Shown: positions 1-14,900, counted from the first letter of the whole stretch. The stretch: 53,716 nt of DNA, filler included, from Bipalium vagum (GCA_037834085.1; 3 parts of 3 records of this genome joined end to end with filler, not necessarily neighbours in it), one strand, 5' to 3'. Made by a program: numbers and translations. The notes: generated from the sequence alone by a model not told the origin.

Positions 1-218
1 ATATTTCCACCGACCATGTAATTAATGCCTGTAGTCGGTTCCGATCCAGTTTGGAGGCCGTCATCGAAGCTAAAGGAAAATGGATTGAGTGATATTGAAG
101 ATAAACCTGTAAATTTTGAAACCTGTAAATAAATTTTATAATTTGCTTAATCATTACTAAAATATATTCGGCTTTTGTTTTACTGATAATTTTCCCGATT
201 TAAGTGGGGCACCCTGTA
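1..218 (+). mobile_element. 3' end of Tc1/mariner-superfamily (maT/DD37D-like) transposon
   Basis: Translates as ...ACSRFRSSLEAVIEAKGKWIE* (stop near 90), a typical C-terminus of Tc1/maT transposases. It ends in ...GGGGCACCCTG|TA (TIR starting CAGGGTG on the other strand, plus TA target) at 216-218. Confidence 0.75.
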
Positions 219-221
219 GAA

Positions 222-347
222 TGTAATTTATGATATGCATAAACTAATATAGCTTTGGATCTATTTGTTTGTTCTTCTTTACTACACATTGAAAAGACTT
301 CAAAGTTATAAAAAGTATCTATTCAAACAAAACATAATTACATAACA
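222..347 (-). repeat. Putative short 3' LTR of the Gypsy element
   Basis: Begins a few nt after the PPT and is bounded TG...CA, with terminal inverted motif TGTAATTTATG (222) / CATAATTACA (333-342). No second LTR copy is available to confirm it. Confidence 0.55.
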
Positions 348-619
348 CGTAACTCCCCCTTCAATTAAGACTTCTTCAGCCATTCAATTCTCCTCAGCTT
401 GATTCCTTCTGGATCTAGCACTCCAACTTGGTGTGGGGATAGGAAGTTTATGATCTTGTATGGACCTTCATATTGGAAATCATTCTTCTTTCTGTTTTTT
501 GGTTCTTTCCGTAGCAATACTTTTTTTCCAATCGAAAACTCAAGTCGACCTCTAATATCGGTTAGAAGTTCTTCATTTTATCGGCTTCAACATCTAAGTT
601 TTTTCCAGCTTCTTTAATA

Positions 620-1531
620 ACCTCTGTATCTGGATAGGTTTAGTCACGGCTGACAGAATGAAGATTGACTTTGCAGCCCAATACAATCTCAAATGGAGAA
701 AACTTTGTTGAGCTCGGTTGAGTAGCATTGATACGAAACTCAATTTTTGGGAGCAATTCGTGCCAATCCTTTTCCTGACAACCGCTCTTTAGAGATATGG
801 TTATCATATCTCGAATCGTTCGGATCGCTCGCTCGACTAGACCGTTGGACTGGTGCTGGTAAGGTGAACTGAATTCACACTCAATATTGAGGTCTCTCCA
901 TTTTTGTCAAATCCAAGAACTTTCAAAGTTCTTTGCTCGATCTGTTAAAATACTCTTCGCCTTGCCAATGGTTCATTATTGCCTTGAAGGTTGATTGATC
1001 ATCAAGTTTGGACATCGCGCATAAACTCACTAGTTTGCTAAAACGGTCAATAATGACAACTATATATTTGTAGTGTGTCGCTGCTTTTTCCATAAAGGCT
1101 ACATCTACCATGATCTGCTCTAAGAAATGTGAGTTTCTTCTCGGGATAAGGATTTCTTTAGTGCGCGCTTGATCAATTTTTCTTTTGGCATAAACATCAT
1201 AGGTTTTTAAACATCGATTGACTGAATACCACATCGATGGCCTATAGTAATGATCTTTCAGATAGTTGAATATTTTCTTGCTACCAAGATGACACAGATC
1301 GGCATGAATCTCCATCACAAATTTATCAATAAATCTTTCGGGGATAATGATAAGATTTCGTTCGCTTCTTGATAAGAGCAACAAGTCGTCGGTAACATCC
1401 AAGTTATCTCTCAAATGATACAAACTGTTATTCTTCAATTCTTCAGGGTGTTCTCTCCTCCCTTCTGAAAGGCATTGAATAAATCCAGATATCAATTTAT
1501 CAGCCTTCTGTTCGCTTCTTATTCTTTTCAA
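620..1531 (-). pseudogene. Gypsy integrase fragment (HHCC-like region + rve core)
   Basis: IHADLCHLGSKK zinc-binding region and YIVVIIDRFSKLV. A frameshifted continuation SPYQHQSNGLVERAIRTIRDMI lies at about 800-880. Confidence 0.9.
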
Positions 1532-2072
1532 TTGAGAAATAATATTATGAACGGCACTGATCTATTTTGTTTTTGGCTTCTCAATCTTGGCTTGTTCATG
1601 CTTCATTTGGCATTGAGAGCACACGACATGGGAGATTCTGGATAGGCCATCAGCTTTACAATGATCTTGGCCTTTTCTGTACCTCAATTCAAAATTATAT
1701 TCTAAAGATTAGCTAACCAAGTTTGAAACTGTGGACTAATTGGGTTCTTCGTGGTGTTCATAAAAACCAAAGCTTTATGATCCGTTCTCACAATGACCTG
1801 TTTTTTCCATATAGATACTGCTTGAAATGGAGAACAAATTCATAGATTGATAATAGCTCTTTTCTGGTGACACATTATCCAAATTCATGGGTAGATAAGG
1901 GTCTAGAGGCAAAAGCAATAACTGTTTCACTTCCATCTTCCTTCAGCTGACTCAAAACAGATCCAATATAAAAGCACGATATCTGCTTGGAAAACCCAGA
2001 ATTGGTGCTTGGCATAGTTTATCCTTAACTGCTTGGAAATTATTCAGGTATTGTTTCATCCAATGGAGCTGT

Positions 2073-2693
2073 TTATCGGCACCTGATATAGCAGCGCATA
2101 AGGGAGCTGCTATTTCGGCATAATGGGCAATAAAACGCCAGTGGTTTTGCTTTTATTATTTCTTCAGTCTTCTTTTTGTTAGTTCTGACTCTATCGGCAC
2201 TCACTGTATGTCCCAGAAACACAAACTCTCGTTGGTGAAATTTGCACTTCGATGGATTAATCTTCAATCCAGTCTTACCAATCAGCTCCAAAACAACCTC
2301 CAAAATGACATTGTGTTCTTTTTCTTCTGTACTGTATATTAGAATATCATCTAAATATACTAGTACATTCTTGAACAGCAAACAACCATCAAGCAATTCA
2401 TGCATAAGTTTCTGAAAGGTAATGGGTGCCGTTGCCAGTTCGAAAGGCATCCGGTTGACGCAAAATTGGCCTTGTTTGGTGCTAAATGTTGTAATTGATT
2501 TAGCATTATCCATCAATTCCACCTGATAATAGGCTTGGCCAAGATCTATTGATGAAAAATATTTTGAATCAGCCACGCAATCCAGCAGCATTTGCATGTC
2601 TGGCATCGGGAACGTGTATTTTTCTGTTATGGCATTTATACGTCTGAGATCCATCCTTCTATTCGACAACCACCAACGGGGAGTTCCATGCAC
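2073..2693 (-). pseudogene. Gypsy reverse transcriptase fragment
   Basis: Motifs DLRRINAIT..YTFPMP, FSSIDLGQAYYQV, RMPFELATAPITFQKLM, VYLDDILIYS and KCKF...FLGH. Confidence 0.95.
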
Positions 2694-3239
2694 TTTTGCA
2701 TTTAGAAATTACACTGGCATCTAAAAGTTGAGTAATCATCTCATCAACTTTAGGTTCAAGATGTATTGCTTGTCTTCGTGGTGCCTGTGCAATAGGTGGG
2801 CCTGTGTGCCCAATATCAAATGAATGGGTCATGAATATTTTCCATATCGTAGTAACATATTACGCAATGGTTTGATGATTGAATGCCATCATTACTTGAT
2901 TTCCCCTATCTGTCAGATATTTTCTTAATCAAGTCTGATGACTCAATATTATTTACCACACACAATTGATTTCCAAAATTCTTCATAATGTCGACATCTC
3001 CAATAAAGTCAGGCTGCAGCTTCTTCTCGAAAATAATATAAGCTTCGATCTCGTTTTCCTTCAATAACAGTAGACTCAACGTTGAAATATCGGAATTGGT
3101 ATTAAAATCATTCTAAATCAGTAATGCTCTATTCAATATAATAATGACATAAAATAATAAATACTGAAGAATACTTAATCAAAAATATTAAATCATTCCA
3201 AAATTTCGTGCCGAGACTTTATTAAAAATGCAAAAGGTC

Positions 3240-3960
3240 AAAATTTTAATAATCATTAACATAGTCGCCATTTCTCTCTACAATTAGTTTCCAACAATCT
3301 ACAAGTTTTTCGATCCCCGATTCAAAAGATTTACTTAACTTTCCTAGGATGTAGTCGCTGAGATGATTTTTAACAGTCTCTACAGAATAAAACTTTTTTC
3401 CACTCAAACGGCTGCTTAAAGACCGGAATAGATAAAACTCTTTTGTTGATATATCTTTGAAGTAAGAAGGGTACTGCAAAATTTCATATTCTAACTCTTG
3501 TAGTTTTCCTAAGGTTTTTTATGCCATATGGAGTCTGGAATTATCATTATGATGAATTTGATGATTTGCAGCAATGAATCCTGAGAGTGAATCTCAGTAT
3601 TTATCTGCGTTTATTGCTTCATCACGTTGGAGTAGTTCTTAATAAATAATGCCTCTGAAATCCAACCAAATACACAGAATTAACTTCATTTGGTGTTGAT
3701 CAGCCTTTGGAACTTTTTTTGAACTTTCATTGGCTTTTTTCTAGGTTTCTTTACGCTGCATGTTATTGTACAGGATCCACTTTCATCGCCTGTTACTAAT
3801 CTATCCAAAAAAGGTTCATTCTTCTTTCGTTCAAGGAGAGATATGGAGACATCTATACACTGCAGTTTATTCCTTTAGGTCAATGCATGCGGCACCAATG
3901 AATGAAGCTTAGAAACGTATTCCTGGCTTTTGAAATGACTGCGATTGAAATATCATGTTT
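3240..3960 (-). mobile_element. Decayed mariner (DD34D) transposase
   Basis: Remnants of LVPHAL, LVTGDE, LILCIWLDFRGIIY, HHNDNSRLH and YPSYFKDISTKEFYLFRSL (HPPYSPDLAPSD-type motif), then GIEKLVDCWKLIVERNGDY*. Confidence 0.88.
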
Positions 3961-4599
3961 TGAATTGAGATTGAAGTTTTTTCTAATATGGTACCAATCA
4001 TGTCGTCCTTAATAGAATAATATCAAATAAGAAATAAAACAACATAAAACAAAAATTATCAAATTTTTCAAATTGTGGGTTCTACCGGATTCCTGAATTA
4101 GTCCTTTAGGGAGTCATTCATTGATGGCCGAGATCCATAAAACCGAGTCAAGTAAATGAACAAATGATAATCATATTTGGACAAAATCTGATAAGGTCCA
4201 TATCGATATACACTTTTATATCTTCAATATCTGTTTTTAAATCTTAAGTGCGCATTTTTACAAATTTAATCTTCTAAGTCGTCAATATCCACTTTTAAGC
4301 GTTTTTTACATTTTAAATATTCTCTTTATATTCGCGTTCCTCTTTTCTTTCCTATTTTTTATCTGTAGAGACGCTTTTATATGATCGACTTGACTAATCA
4401 GAGCTCCTAGAGATAAGATCAAATTGGATTTGTCCTCTTTAAGGCTTCCACGAGAATTGGTATAGTGATTCTGCCGAAAGGAAAATAATCGATTATCATT
4501 AGCAGTATTAACTCTACCTGAAAATAAGAACGAAACCCCATTAGTGCAAACACTGATGATTTTCTAAATAAGCGCATTTAGGGCTAATTAATTAGGTAA

Positions 4600-5205
4600 C
4601 AAAGGTGTCCAGAAAGTAAAAAGCGCTTTTTATCACATTATTATTTATTTATTTTATTATTATTATTAAGTTGAAAACCTCCAAAAATTTGGTAAACAAA
4701 AAAGATTATGATAAGGTCAGGTAAGCGAAACTTTATGAATGAATGAAATTTATAGTTATTTAATAACATCTTTATTTCTTCATTCTCAGCCTTTAGCGTT
4801 CTTCCGTTACGTAGTTTGTCTTCAAACCCGAATTTTCCAAAATGGAACCTAGAAAACCAAATTTGACATTGACGTATGCTAATACAATCTTCGCCAAATG
4901 CGGCACATAATTTTCGCTGGGCTTGAGTTGCATTTTTTCCCTTCCGGTAAAAATATAACAAAATATGTCTAAAATGGGTTTTTGGAATATTCATTTCAAA
5001 CATGTCACATAAATAAATAATTTAATAAGTTGAAACAAATGAATCAATTTAAGATACTTTATACGTCAATTATTATAATACAATATATATACAATATAAT
5101 AATAGAATTAAATTTTATACCTTTAAAATGACTTAATTGCTTTAAATTTAAAGAGATTTAAAGATAGGTATAAAAAAAGCGAAGTGACTTTCTGAACCAC
5201 CCAGT
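4600..5205 (-). mobile_element. Internally deleted mariner (HTH only) with both TIRs
   Basis: ORF 4641-5003 begins with the mariner HTH (HFRHILLYFYRKGKNATQAQRKLCAAFGEDCISIRQCQIWFSRF). Imperfect TIRs: GGTGTCCAGAAAGTAAAAAGCGCTTTTT (about 4604) and AAAAAAAGCGAAGTGACTTTCTGAACCACCCA (about 5172-5203). Confidence 0.85.
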
Positions 5206-5952
5206 AGAAAACTTAGTTTTAACCAAAACTAGTTATAAGAATTAGTTATTAATCTTAGATAAAAATCAAAACTTTTAGAAAAATATTATAATTTCACCCT
5301 ATCACAATTAACGAAAGCTGAAACTGCTAGAAAATAAAACATTCAACAAATAAATCATTGAATAATTAAAAATATTTATTATAACTGTAATGAGATACAA
5401 CGTCCTTGAGTAAAGATGGAGTATCCTATGAACACTGATTTTGATAGATGCAGTAAAATAGAATTTTATTAAATCAGAAAAAACTTTGGAATAGTAATAT
5501 CTCAATTTATAAGAGTAATTTATTAGAAAATTTAATTAAGCAGAAGTTCAACAGGAGAACAGTATACGCTCTGGTCATCATGAGAAACCGTTCAGTTGCA
5601 ATTGAGTGAACCATGTTGCTTTCATTAGCAAGACTTTTTTCTGGAGCGATTTCGTTATCTGATATCTCAACGTTATCCACTTTAGTATGGATATTGGACA
5701 TTATAACAGCAATAGGAATACAAAATTTCCTCTACCAAAATACAGCGAGCGCGAGGCCTCAAATTATATATCGACATGAGCAAATGAGGGTGTGTGACAT
5801 AGGAATTAATTATAATTATTCTTTTAATAATTGTTGGAAATGTTAAATTCGATCTTAAGTATATACTAATTTATAATTTTTGCAATTATATTGAAGAGGC
5901 AAAAATTAATAAAAAATTATTAATTAATTCACGGTTTCTATAAAAATGTGTT

Positions 5953-5983
<31 letters not shown>

Positions 5984-6579
5984 TATTATTATCATTATTA
6001 TTTTTATTTATTTTTTTTATTATTATTATTAAATCAGTATATTAAATCAAAAAATAATACAAAAATTAAAATTAAATATTACTAAAGCAATTAATTGAAT
6101 AAATCGTTTAATTTTTCATTTGATTAATAATTAAATTCAAATTTTCGAAAATACTTTGAAATTCATTTTTTAGGAATATAAGTTTGCCAATCGTAATGTC
6201 ATAATAAATTTTCAATTATAATAGAAAAAAGAAATTTATACATTTAAACATTGTTAATTTTTTATTAATCAATATTTTTAAAAATAATTTATATTATTTA
6301 TTTCCGAAATATTTTTGAAGAGAAACTATAGCACTGCAGAAAAATTTATGATCACTAAGCTCGTATTATAAGAGATTTCTCAGCAGGAACAGGAAAATAT
6401 GTGAATTTTATTGAAATTTTAAATTATTTTGTTTTATATTTATATATTTTTTTAATATAGTGAAATAAAATATAATTTACAATGTCATTAATTTATAAAC
6501 AAAGTTTATAGCTTATGATTTTATGATATTCCTATTAAGACTTTGATTATAAACAATAAAATAAAAAGATACTATTTGG

Positions 6580-7400
6580 TTTAATGAATTGAATTTTGAG
6601 TTTAATTCTGTTACATGAATTAAAAAAAAGTCAAACTGCTGCCGAAGTGTCAAAAAAGATAATGCTGTCATTAAACTGCTTCAGCAAATAGTACACTTAG
6701 ATGATTGGAAAACTTTTGGCCCGATAATATCATATTCGAAAATGAAGAGTATTTTAGTAGTCCGTCAGAAGTTGATGATGCTCATCTGAACAATTATTGA
6801 GGTAGTACCTCAGAAATTATAAGGGGAGTTGCGGCAGACATCAACATAGATCATACTAACCAATGAAAAATTTTCACTATTAAATCTGCTCGTTTCTTAA
6901 TAGTATAATAATGTGTGATGTCAATGTGCTCAATGGTTGGGTCGTAATATCCTCGATAATTTCGATTAAGGTGACTGCTCGACAGTTTGCCACTTTCTAA
7001 ATTTTTATAAGACAATTACTATTTAAAGGTATGTAAAAAGAATATATATATTTATCTAATGAGTGAAAAGCGTTAACAAGAAAAACCAATGCTATTTAAT
7101 CGTATATGTTCTATCTTAGTTCATGACAATTCATTACACAGCAAACACTTATCTGAAAAAATTTGTAGCCTTAGGCATGGAATATTTGATATTGCTCGGA
7201 CTCGGCATAAATAGATTACATTTTTTCAAGTAGCTGAAGATGTTACAAAATAAAAAAATGTAAAAAAACGCTTTCGAATGTTTTGTGGTCCCCATCAATT
7301 CGGATTTTTTCAGTCGAAATATGTATGCTTATTTCCTGTTGGCAGAAGTGTCTGGATTCCAAAGAATTATATTGTGATTATTAAAGTTTTTCTTGAACTA
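6580..7400 (+). mobile_element. Highly decayed mariner
   Basis: N-terminal LILLHELKKSQTAAEVSKK, central LVHDNS, C-terminal LISCWQKCLDSKELYCD. Many indels. Confidence 0.7.
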
Positions 7401-9479
7401 AACTACTGAATTTCAAAGAATTTCGTAACACCGACAATTTTAAAAACAAAACTTTAATTTATAAATAAATTTAAAAACTCCATTTAAAATAATATTTTTT
7501 TACCTCAAATTTATTTAAATTTGTTAATTGTTTTAATAAGATTAAAATATTTTCGAAAATTTTAATTTTCACACGATTTTAATGATTTATTTTGACACAA
7601 ATATTTGATATGACATTTATTTTGATTAATTAATTAAATTTTATTTTATCTTTGTAAAAACTGATCACAGTTGTAGACTGTATCATAAGAATTTTTAACA
7701 AGATGAAATTGTAAAAAATATTTGTAGAAAATATTTATGGTTTGTAGGTCCAGTCTCGTTTCTTGACTGGAATCACACGAGCTGGTGAAGTTTTTTTTTG
7801 TTACAGTCCACAGAAGCGAATGTTTTGTCTCGGATTGTGATTTATCGTTTCTGTCCCTTTCGACTCATATTTGTGACTTTTGATTTTTCAATAATAAAAT
7901 ATACAATATTTATGACTGGTGACAATCTTTGATTTACAGTAGTTTTAAACAAATTATTTATTTTATTGCTTTGGTCGGACAGCACAGGAGATTTAATTAG
8001 CGCTGAAAATTGTTATTCTAATTATAGACACAGGTTTTGATTTCTAACCAAGTGTATAAGCAAGGGGTTCACTTTTTTATTGTGAATGCTTTGATTATAC
8101 TTTGAATATTTTCTTGTTTATTGATTTTTGAAATTGGTTTCCAATACTTTGAAATGAATTTGCGAAATTTTGAAATGATATTATCAACTCTTTATCATAA
8201 AATAATATATTTTTATTAAAAAATAATTATAAATAAATAATAATAATTGAGAGTTTTATCTTAAAACATGTAATACCATGCTTCCCTCTCAATTGTTATT
8301 GAAGAGAAATATTGATATTGATAAAAATTTTAGAAATAATAAAAAATAAGACGTTTCATTGGGAAAGTTTTCTGAGAGATTATAATATCACAGACAAATG
8401 TAAAAATGTATTATAACTTTTTAATCAATTAAAAGAATATTTTACTTTATCATCTCGTGGCATTCAATGTCTCCATATTTTCGTCTAGCGAACATAAAAT
8501 AATTCTAAAGATTTACTCTAGAACGCTAAAGCATAAATATTTTCTCTTTTTGTTTAAATTTTTTATGATATCATCAATATTATTCGCTATTTTAGGGTGA
8601 ACATTCTTGCTATTTCCAAATACACTTTTCAGCTTCGAGCCATCTTTTGATAAGGTTTTAGGATTAAAAAGCAGAAAGAATAGTTAATATAAAGGAACTT
8701 GAAAAGTTAACAGGATATTTAAATATGATAGTCTATTTATCAAAAACAGATATACGTGGTATGTTCCTAGATTGTTTGATTGTGATCAATAATTATAAAT
8801 TTTTATGAACAAGAGATGATTTGTTTGATGCTCTAATAACGTAAATACAAACTGTCGGACTTTTAATTTACTCAATCCAATTCTGAGTAATACTTCACTT
8901 TAATTTTGAAAAAAATTCCATCGCCATCCGATTAACCGATTTGACAAACCACAGACTGAAGATAGACTTATGATTGAATGGATGGACAAAAGTCAGCTAA
9001 GAAGAAGGAAGGAAAACCTGAAACAATCCGAAAACCAAAATTTTTCAGAATGTATGTGAATTTGACAATTGGCAAATTTTTTTTTATATATAAAATATTC
9101 AATTCCTGTTAACTCACGCATTATTTGCCTTTGAATCGAAAGTCAAAATAATACTTACTGAGTTCAAGAGATGTTAATTTAACCGTAATTTTAATAATAC
9201 TATATTGACACACATTGAAAATTACATCTATATTGGATTTTTGATGCAGATCGGTAATGGTTTTCTGAACGTTGGGCTTTTGTTGTATGTGCGCCATTAA
9301 GTTCATCTCCGTTAAGAAATATTAGCATCTTCCATAATGCAAAAATCCGAAAAAACATTTTGGACAAATTAATAGTTAAGTAAAAAATATTTTAAATAAT
9401 ACCAATGGAAAAATATCTATAAAAAATTAAAAATTTATTTATTTATTTTATTAAAAGTAAAATAAATTTATTGATCAAA

Positions 9480-9720
9480 GTAATTGGCATTATTATGGAT
9501 AATTTTAAGCTATCTTTCAGGCAATCGATGAATTCTATATTGAAAAATTCTGCCTTTTGGAAGCCAGAAATTCGTGAAGTCATTTTCAAATGGCAACCAC
9601 TGATTGAAAGTGTGTATCCAACAAGGAATGCTTCATTGACCTAAACAAATGATAATCAGTTGGAGCAATGTCTAATGAATACGCCGGATGCTCATTTTGA
9701 TATTTTGGAGCAATTGTCTT
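9480..9720 (-). mobile_element. Mariner transposase C-terminal fragment
   Basis: HPAYSLDIAPTDYHLFRSMKHSL within ORF 9586-9849. Confidence 0.85.
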
Positions 9721-10989
9721 CTTTTCTGTCACAATAGCTAACTTATTTTTATCCCTGCACACGATGTTTTGTGAAATTTTCGTTGATCTGGCCTTATTTC
9801 TGGTGACAATTGATGGTTTGTCGATGTACTTCTTTCTGATAATCTTCAAAATCTTAGGAGTTAAAACATTTTGTTTGGGGCCAGACTTTTTGTAATACTT
9901 TATTGTACCAAACGTCTAATAAAGTTCAAGTATTCGTTCAATTGTCCTCCCGACCAAAACTTGCATTAAAAGTGATTTATTGTCGCCTTCTTATTGCAAT
10001 TGTAACGCTTGAAAAAAATTCATTACATAGACCCCGCTTTGTTGACAATCAAAAAATTATCTACCAATTCAAGTTATTATAAAAAAGATTATACCGTTTT
10101 CATTTTGCGGCATTAAACCTGATTCATGCTTTATATAAAATAATTACAAATTTGGATTATTTATTTTTACACCTATTAAATGGGTAAACAAAACAATACA
10201 ATACTTCTCCTGATCATCTAAATGTTTCAAAATAATTTTATAGGATGAAAATTTTGCTTATCCGTAGTTACTCTTAAAAGGAAGCACAAATTGAAATCTA
10301 ATATAATTATACAATCCAGAAGTGAGTGTCAATATGATTCCATGTTTTTAATTTAATATTCTTTTCTTTATAATTTAAAATTAGATTATTAATACATAAA
10401 AAGAATTAGAACAATAAAATATCAAATCATTATTAAGTTTTTAAAATTATTATAAATCGCTAACATTTCAGAAACAACAAAGCAGACTTTCAATAATTAA
10501 AAAAAAAGCGAACCTCAACTCATCGTTTTGGTCAGGAATTCTTTTTCAAAAGTTCAGTAACGGAATATAGAAAAAAATGTATCCGAATCTGAAAATGATA
10601 TTAGCCTGTGAGATAATTGACACCTTCTGAAAGGAAAGTGAGAAATAAGAGTAGCTGCAATTGAACAAACCCTTTAAAGATTTATTACTTCAAACTATGC
10701 AGTGAATAGAAAAAAATTTCCTTTGAATTAATAGAATTTGTAAAATGGAAAATATTCATTGAAAAACTATATTATAATAATAATAATTTTATAATAATAA
10801 TTATTAATGATTTAAAAAAAGAAAAACAATAAATATTATTAGTATATAAAATCTTAGTTTTTTAAAATAAAATTCTTAATAAAAGATTACTAATAAATAA
10901 ATTAATAACTAAATAATATTACAGTCTACATTAAGGCCGTTGGCTATGAAATTTGTAAAATGAAATACTAAATTCATGGATAAATCACA

Positions 10990-12015
10990 AATACAAGGAA
11001 TTGTGCTATTCATCAAGTTTGCACACATATTATCCATACAGGCTAATCAAATAGAACCCTTTTATTTGTGTACGGGTCAATGAATTCCTGGAAGGCTAAT
11101 TTTACATCATGTCGGAATTGAGTTGTTTTCCTAATAAAAAAATTTGTTGAGAGTGATTAAGAAGTTTCAATTCCAATTCATGTGCTTTTTGTACAGTAAT
11201 TTATGCAAAGTGCGGTCGTTGGGTTTTAGGAACTCATAATGAACTATTCCTACACAAGACCACCGAACATACAGTAAAAGATATTTCTAAAATAGTCCAG
11301 GCTTTGAAACTTGCAAGAAGGGATTCGTAGGAGATAACCAATGATGTATACTCTTTGGTTTAGAATAGATTTTTTTAAGAATACACTTTTCATTGAATGC
11401 CAGTATTCTATGGACACATGATTTTACTTTTAGCAGATTATAATGAGAAGAGCATTTTTTAGTCTTCTGAATCTATTCTCTGATGTTAAGTCATGTGAAA
11501 CTCACTTGCCTATTTTCAAAATTTTACCAATCTGATGCATGTGTAATCTGATAGTTGCTTCATTGACAATAGATGTCAAACCAAGTTCTTTAAGTGTTGG
11601 ACTTAATTTGATTTGGTTACTTTTTTCAAATCATCATTGTTAATGTCTCCTTGATCTGGGTGCATCTTCCAGATTTTCATCACCAGAACGAAACTTCTTG
11701 AACCAAAAAATGAGAAGTTCTTTCTTTTACTGCACTGTCTAAAATTGCCGAATAAAATTTTCGATTGGTTTATGAGGGTTTTGACCCAAGCCTAAATTCA
11801 TACAGTAAACAGGAATGAATGATTGAATTTCTGTCCGCCATTTGGAATTATAAAATACTTTAAGTATAAGCTAATGTTATTTTTAATATCAAATTACATG
11901 CTTGATTTAAAGTAATCTAATAAAATAAATTGATTTTCTAATGAGTAAATAATAACCTATTTAAGGAAATGTCAATTGAATAAAATATCGACAAAAACTT
12001 ATTTGGATACATAAT
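10990..12015 (-). mobile_element. Decayed mariner
   Basis: HTH IHSCLLYEFRLGSKP at about 11780-11840 and LLLYVRWSCVGIVHYEFLKPND at about 11215-11280. TIR-like CGACAAAAACTTATTTGGATACATAATA at about 11989-12016. Confidence 0.8.
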
Positions 12016-14139
12016 AAAATATAAAATCTTTGATAATAGTAATATTAATATACCTTTATAATGTTACTGTTACAAAGGTAATTTGTAAAATCTGCAAAAA
12101 TTTTGGATAATTTTTTTAGCGAACTTTGTAAACAATTCATTATTTTTATTTTGTAATCACGGGTTTTAAATTATAATATAAAATTATATTTCAATTTCCA
12201 AACATTGTGGCACTAGAAGTGAAATGATAAGTAATAAATACTGGACACTTATTTTTATCACTTCTTATATTCATTATTAGGAAAAATAAAATATAATTAT
12301 TATAAAAATAAAATAATTATGTTTTTTTTAAACAAAATTAAAATAAAACAATAAAGTGGCGAGTAAGTAATATAAGAAGGCCAAAAATATAGCTTAATTT
12401 CTCACAAAATGTCAAAAATTATTTAGTAAATTATTATTATTTTTTAATTATTATGATTTATTTCAAATCTAAATTTCCAAAATTATTTTCAATTTTTTCT
12501 ATTTTTGTTATTATAATTGGAAAATAAATATTTTTAAAATTTTTTTATTATAAATTAATTTTTTAGAAAAATATATTTTATTTGGAATATCTTTTCCTTA
12601 GATCAAGTTATTTTCTAAAATTTTCAGTCTAAGGTGAATTATATTTTGCTTGATTTATATTTCATATTGTGAAGAAATAAATAATTATTTTGATATTATA
12701 TATTTTTCCCTTTTCTTTTCGCTTTGTAAACAAAAGAACTTTCAGAAATTAATTACAAAACATAATTGTATTTTACTGATAATCACAGATCACAGGAATA
12801 TCATAATATCACTAACTAGAACGAATAAGCTTACAAGGTTTGACTGCAGAGAGGCAAGAGAGACAAGACATGTAGAAATTCAGCTTGAGAACACGAACCT
12901 GACGTAGACAGATATTCCCAGGACATAATGAAAGTAATAATAAAATCAAAATTGCTTGAAAATCTACATTTTCTACATATTTACATTATTAAATTAAAGA
13001 AATATTATAAAAATTATTTATAAATTTATTTATTTATTTAAATTATATTTCTTATTTATAAATTAAATTAAAAGTTCTATGACAAAGATGACAGAAATAT
13101 TTCTGCCTTGAGGTTTTTAACAATATGACATTTTGTTAGATAATTAATATTTCAGGTACCACCATGAGGTAGTGGAAGTTATTCTTCAAGGTTTCGTTAA
13201 AGTCGCTTACAAGCACCATTCCACGATTTATTCAAAAAATAAAAAATCATTCAGATAAGAAAACGTAGAGATATTTAAGTTATCAAAACATTTTTTTATT
13301 TTCAATGTCAAAAATATAATAAAAATTAAAGAATTTTTTTTCCAAATGCCGTATTTATTTTCCGTGTGGTTTCAGCAGCATTTTGTTTCAGTTTTAATTC
13401 GTACAATGAATCACAAGAAAATCATGTTTTACATTGTACATTGAATTGATGCTAATATATAAAAGTCAGTGATTAATCATTAGCACAAACACATTAAAAT
13501 ATAGAGCGATTTCTAACGAACAGGTTGATATATAATAAGACAGGATTTAATCACATAATGAGTAAAACTTTATGGAAAATCTTAACTTCAATAAATCCGA
13601 CATTTTTATGTAACAAACTAATGGTAACCGTTGCTACCAAAAGAGTTTTTAAAATGCAAAATTGTTGGATATCGATCTATGATCATGTGGAAGCTATCAA
13701 TAAAAATGAAATTGTTTCATAAAGATTTGGTGGGAACTCCTCAAACCTCACCATTTTAAGGGAAAGAGAAATTTCATTCTAAAAATAAGTGTATATTTGT
13801 TAAAATTATTATTATAATATTTATTTTTCCAATGAAATATCCATTGAAAATGTTGAAAAGCTGAAAAAAGTATGGACTTTTGTGGCAGATTTATGTTAAT
13901 ATTTTTTAGGTGAATTAATGAAAAATAATTACAATTTTTTACAATTTACAAATATTTTGTCCAATGAAATTTGTTATAATTATGTTCTGATCGTTCTGAG
14001 GGTATTGAAAAAGCACCAGGAACTTTTGAAAATCATTTAAAGATCAATCTTTCTGAATTATATTTTTAATATTTAATACTTTTAAAGTTTGCCCAAGGAT
14101 ATTTATTCAGTTTTGTTTCATGAATTTAATAAAATACGT

Positions 14140-14900
14140 GATAAGGTTAAGAAGTACTTAGACTCTGACAGAAAGAATACAGTCAACTGAACAAAATATT
14201 TTAAACAATACCTATAGATTTAAAGGTTTCACTTCTCGAAATCGCCGTTTACATTGATGTACTTTTTCCATTGATCGACCATTTCATTGAAACCTAGTTC
14301 AAAATAATTTTGATCCTCTCCACGAGGAATTTAATTACGTTATTCTTCATATCATCCTTTAAAGCAGATTTATGTCCTCTCAATTATCTCAATTTGTTTC
14401 TTTAGATGATTGATTAACCAAAAATCACTTGGTGAAAGATCTGGAGTGTATGTAGGATAATCAAGTTGTAACACCTCAGATTTTATTAATGTTTCTTGTG
14501 TTTTCTTGAATCTGTGAGTTGGAAGTTATCATTAAGCAATAAAAAAGTGTGTGGCTTACGACGGATAATTCCAGTTTTAAGTTTGAGATTAATGTAGTAA
14601 TCCAAATTTAAGATTTCTTCAGTAAATGGCATTTCTATCGAAAAAGATGTTAAAAATGGAACATTTACGATCCGGAATTCTGAGACGCAAGACTTTGGAT
14701 TGCTTCTTATATATGAAACCCTATTCCTTTAAATATCTGTTAGAGTAAGAGAGGTAAACACGCAATTATTATATTAGTTATTATATTCGATAACAAAGTT
14801 AACCAGATTGCAACCCGAATTTTTCGTTTACCCACCATCTCAATTGTTAATAATCTCAACATAAGCCTACTTTGGATTTGGTCTAGAAGCAACTGGACGA
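14140..14900 (-). mobile_element. Decayed mariner
   Basis: PTYTPDLSPSDFWLI at about 14410-14457 and LVDQWKKYINVNGDFE at about 14230-14285. Confidence 0.75.

Larger units (their letters stand above)
222..3075 (-). mobile_element. Decayed Ty3/Gypsy LTR retrotransposon: pol (RT-RNaseH-integrase), PPT and short 3' LTR; 5' part missing
   Basis: RT ORF 2073-2693, RNase H remnants at about 1650-2050, integrase 620-1531 and GPY/F motif YEGPYKIIN at about 450-475. Polypurine tract GAAGGGGGAG at 353-362 (-). The domain order RT-RH-IN is Gypsy-type. Several frameshifts and stops. Confidence 0.93.

Noticed and set aside
5507-5701. GPCR-like SIATERF motif in a small minus-strand ORF
   Set aside because: No flanking transmembrane helices or further exons; likely chance.
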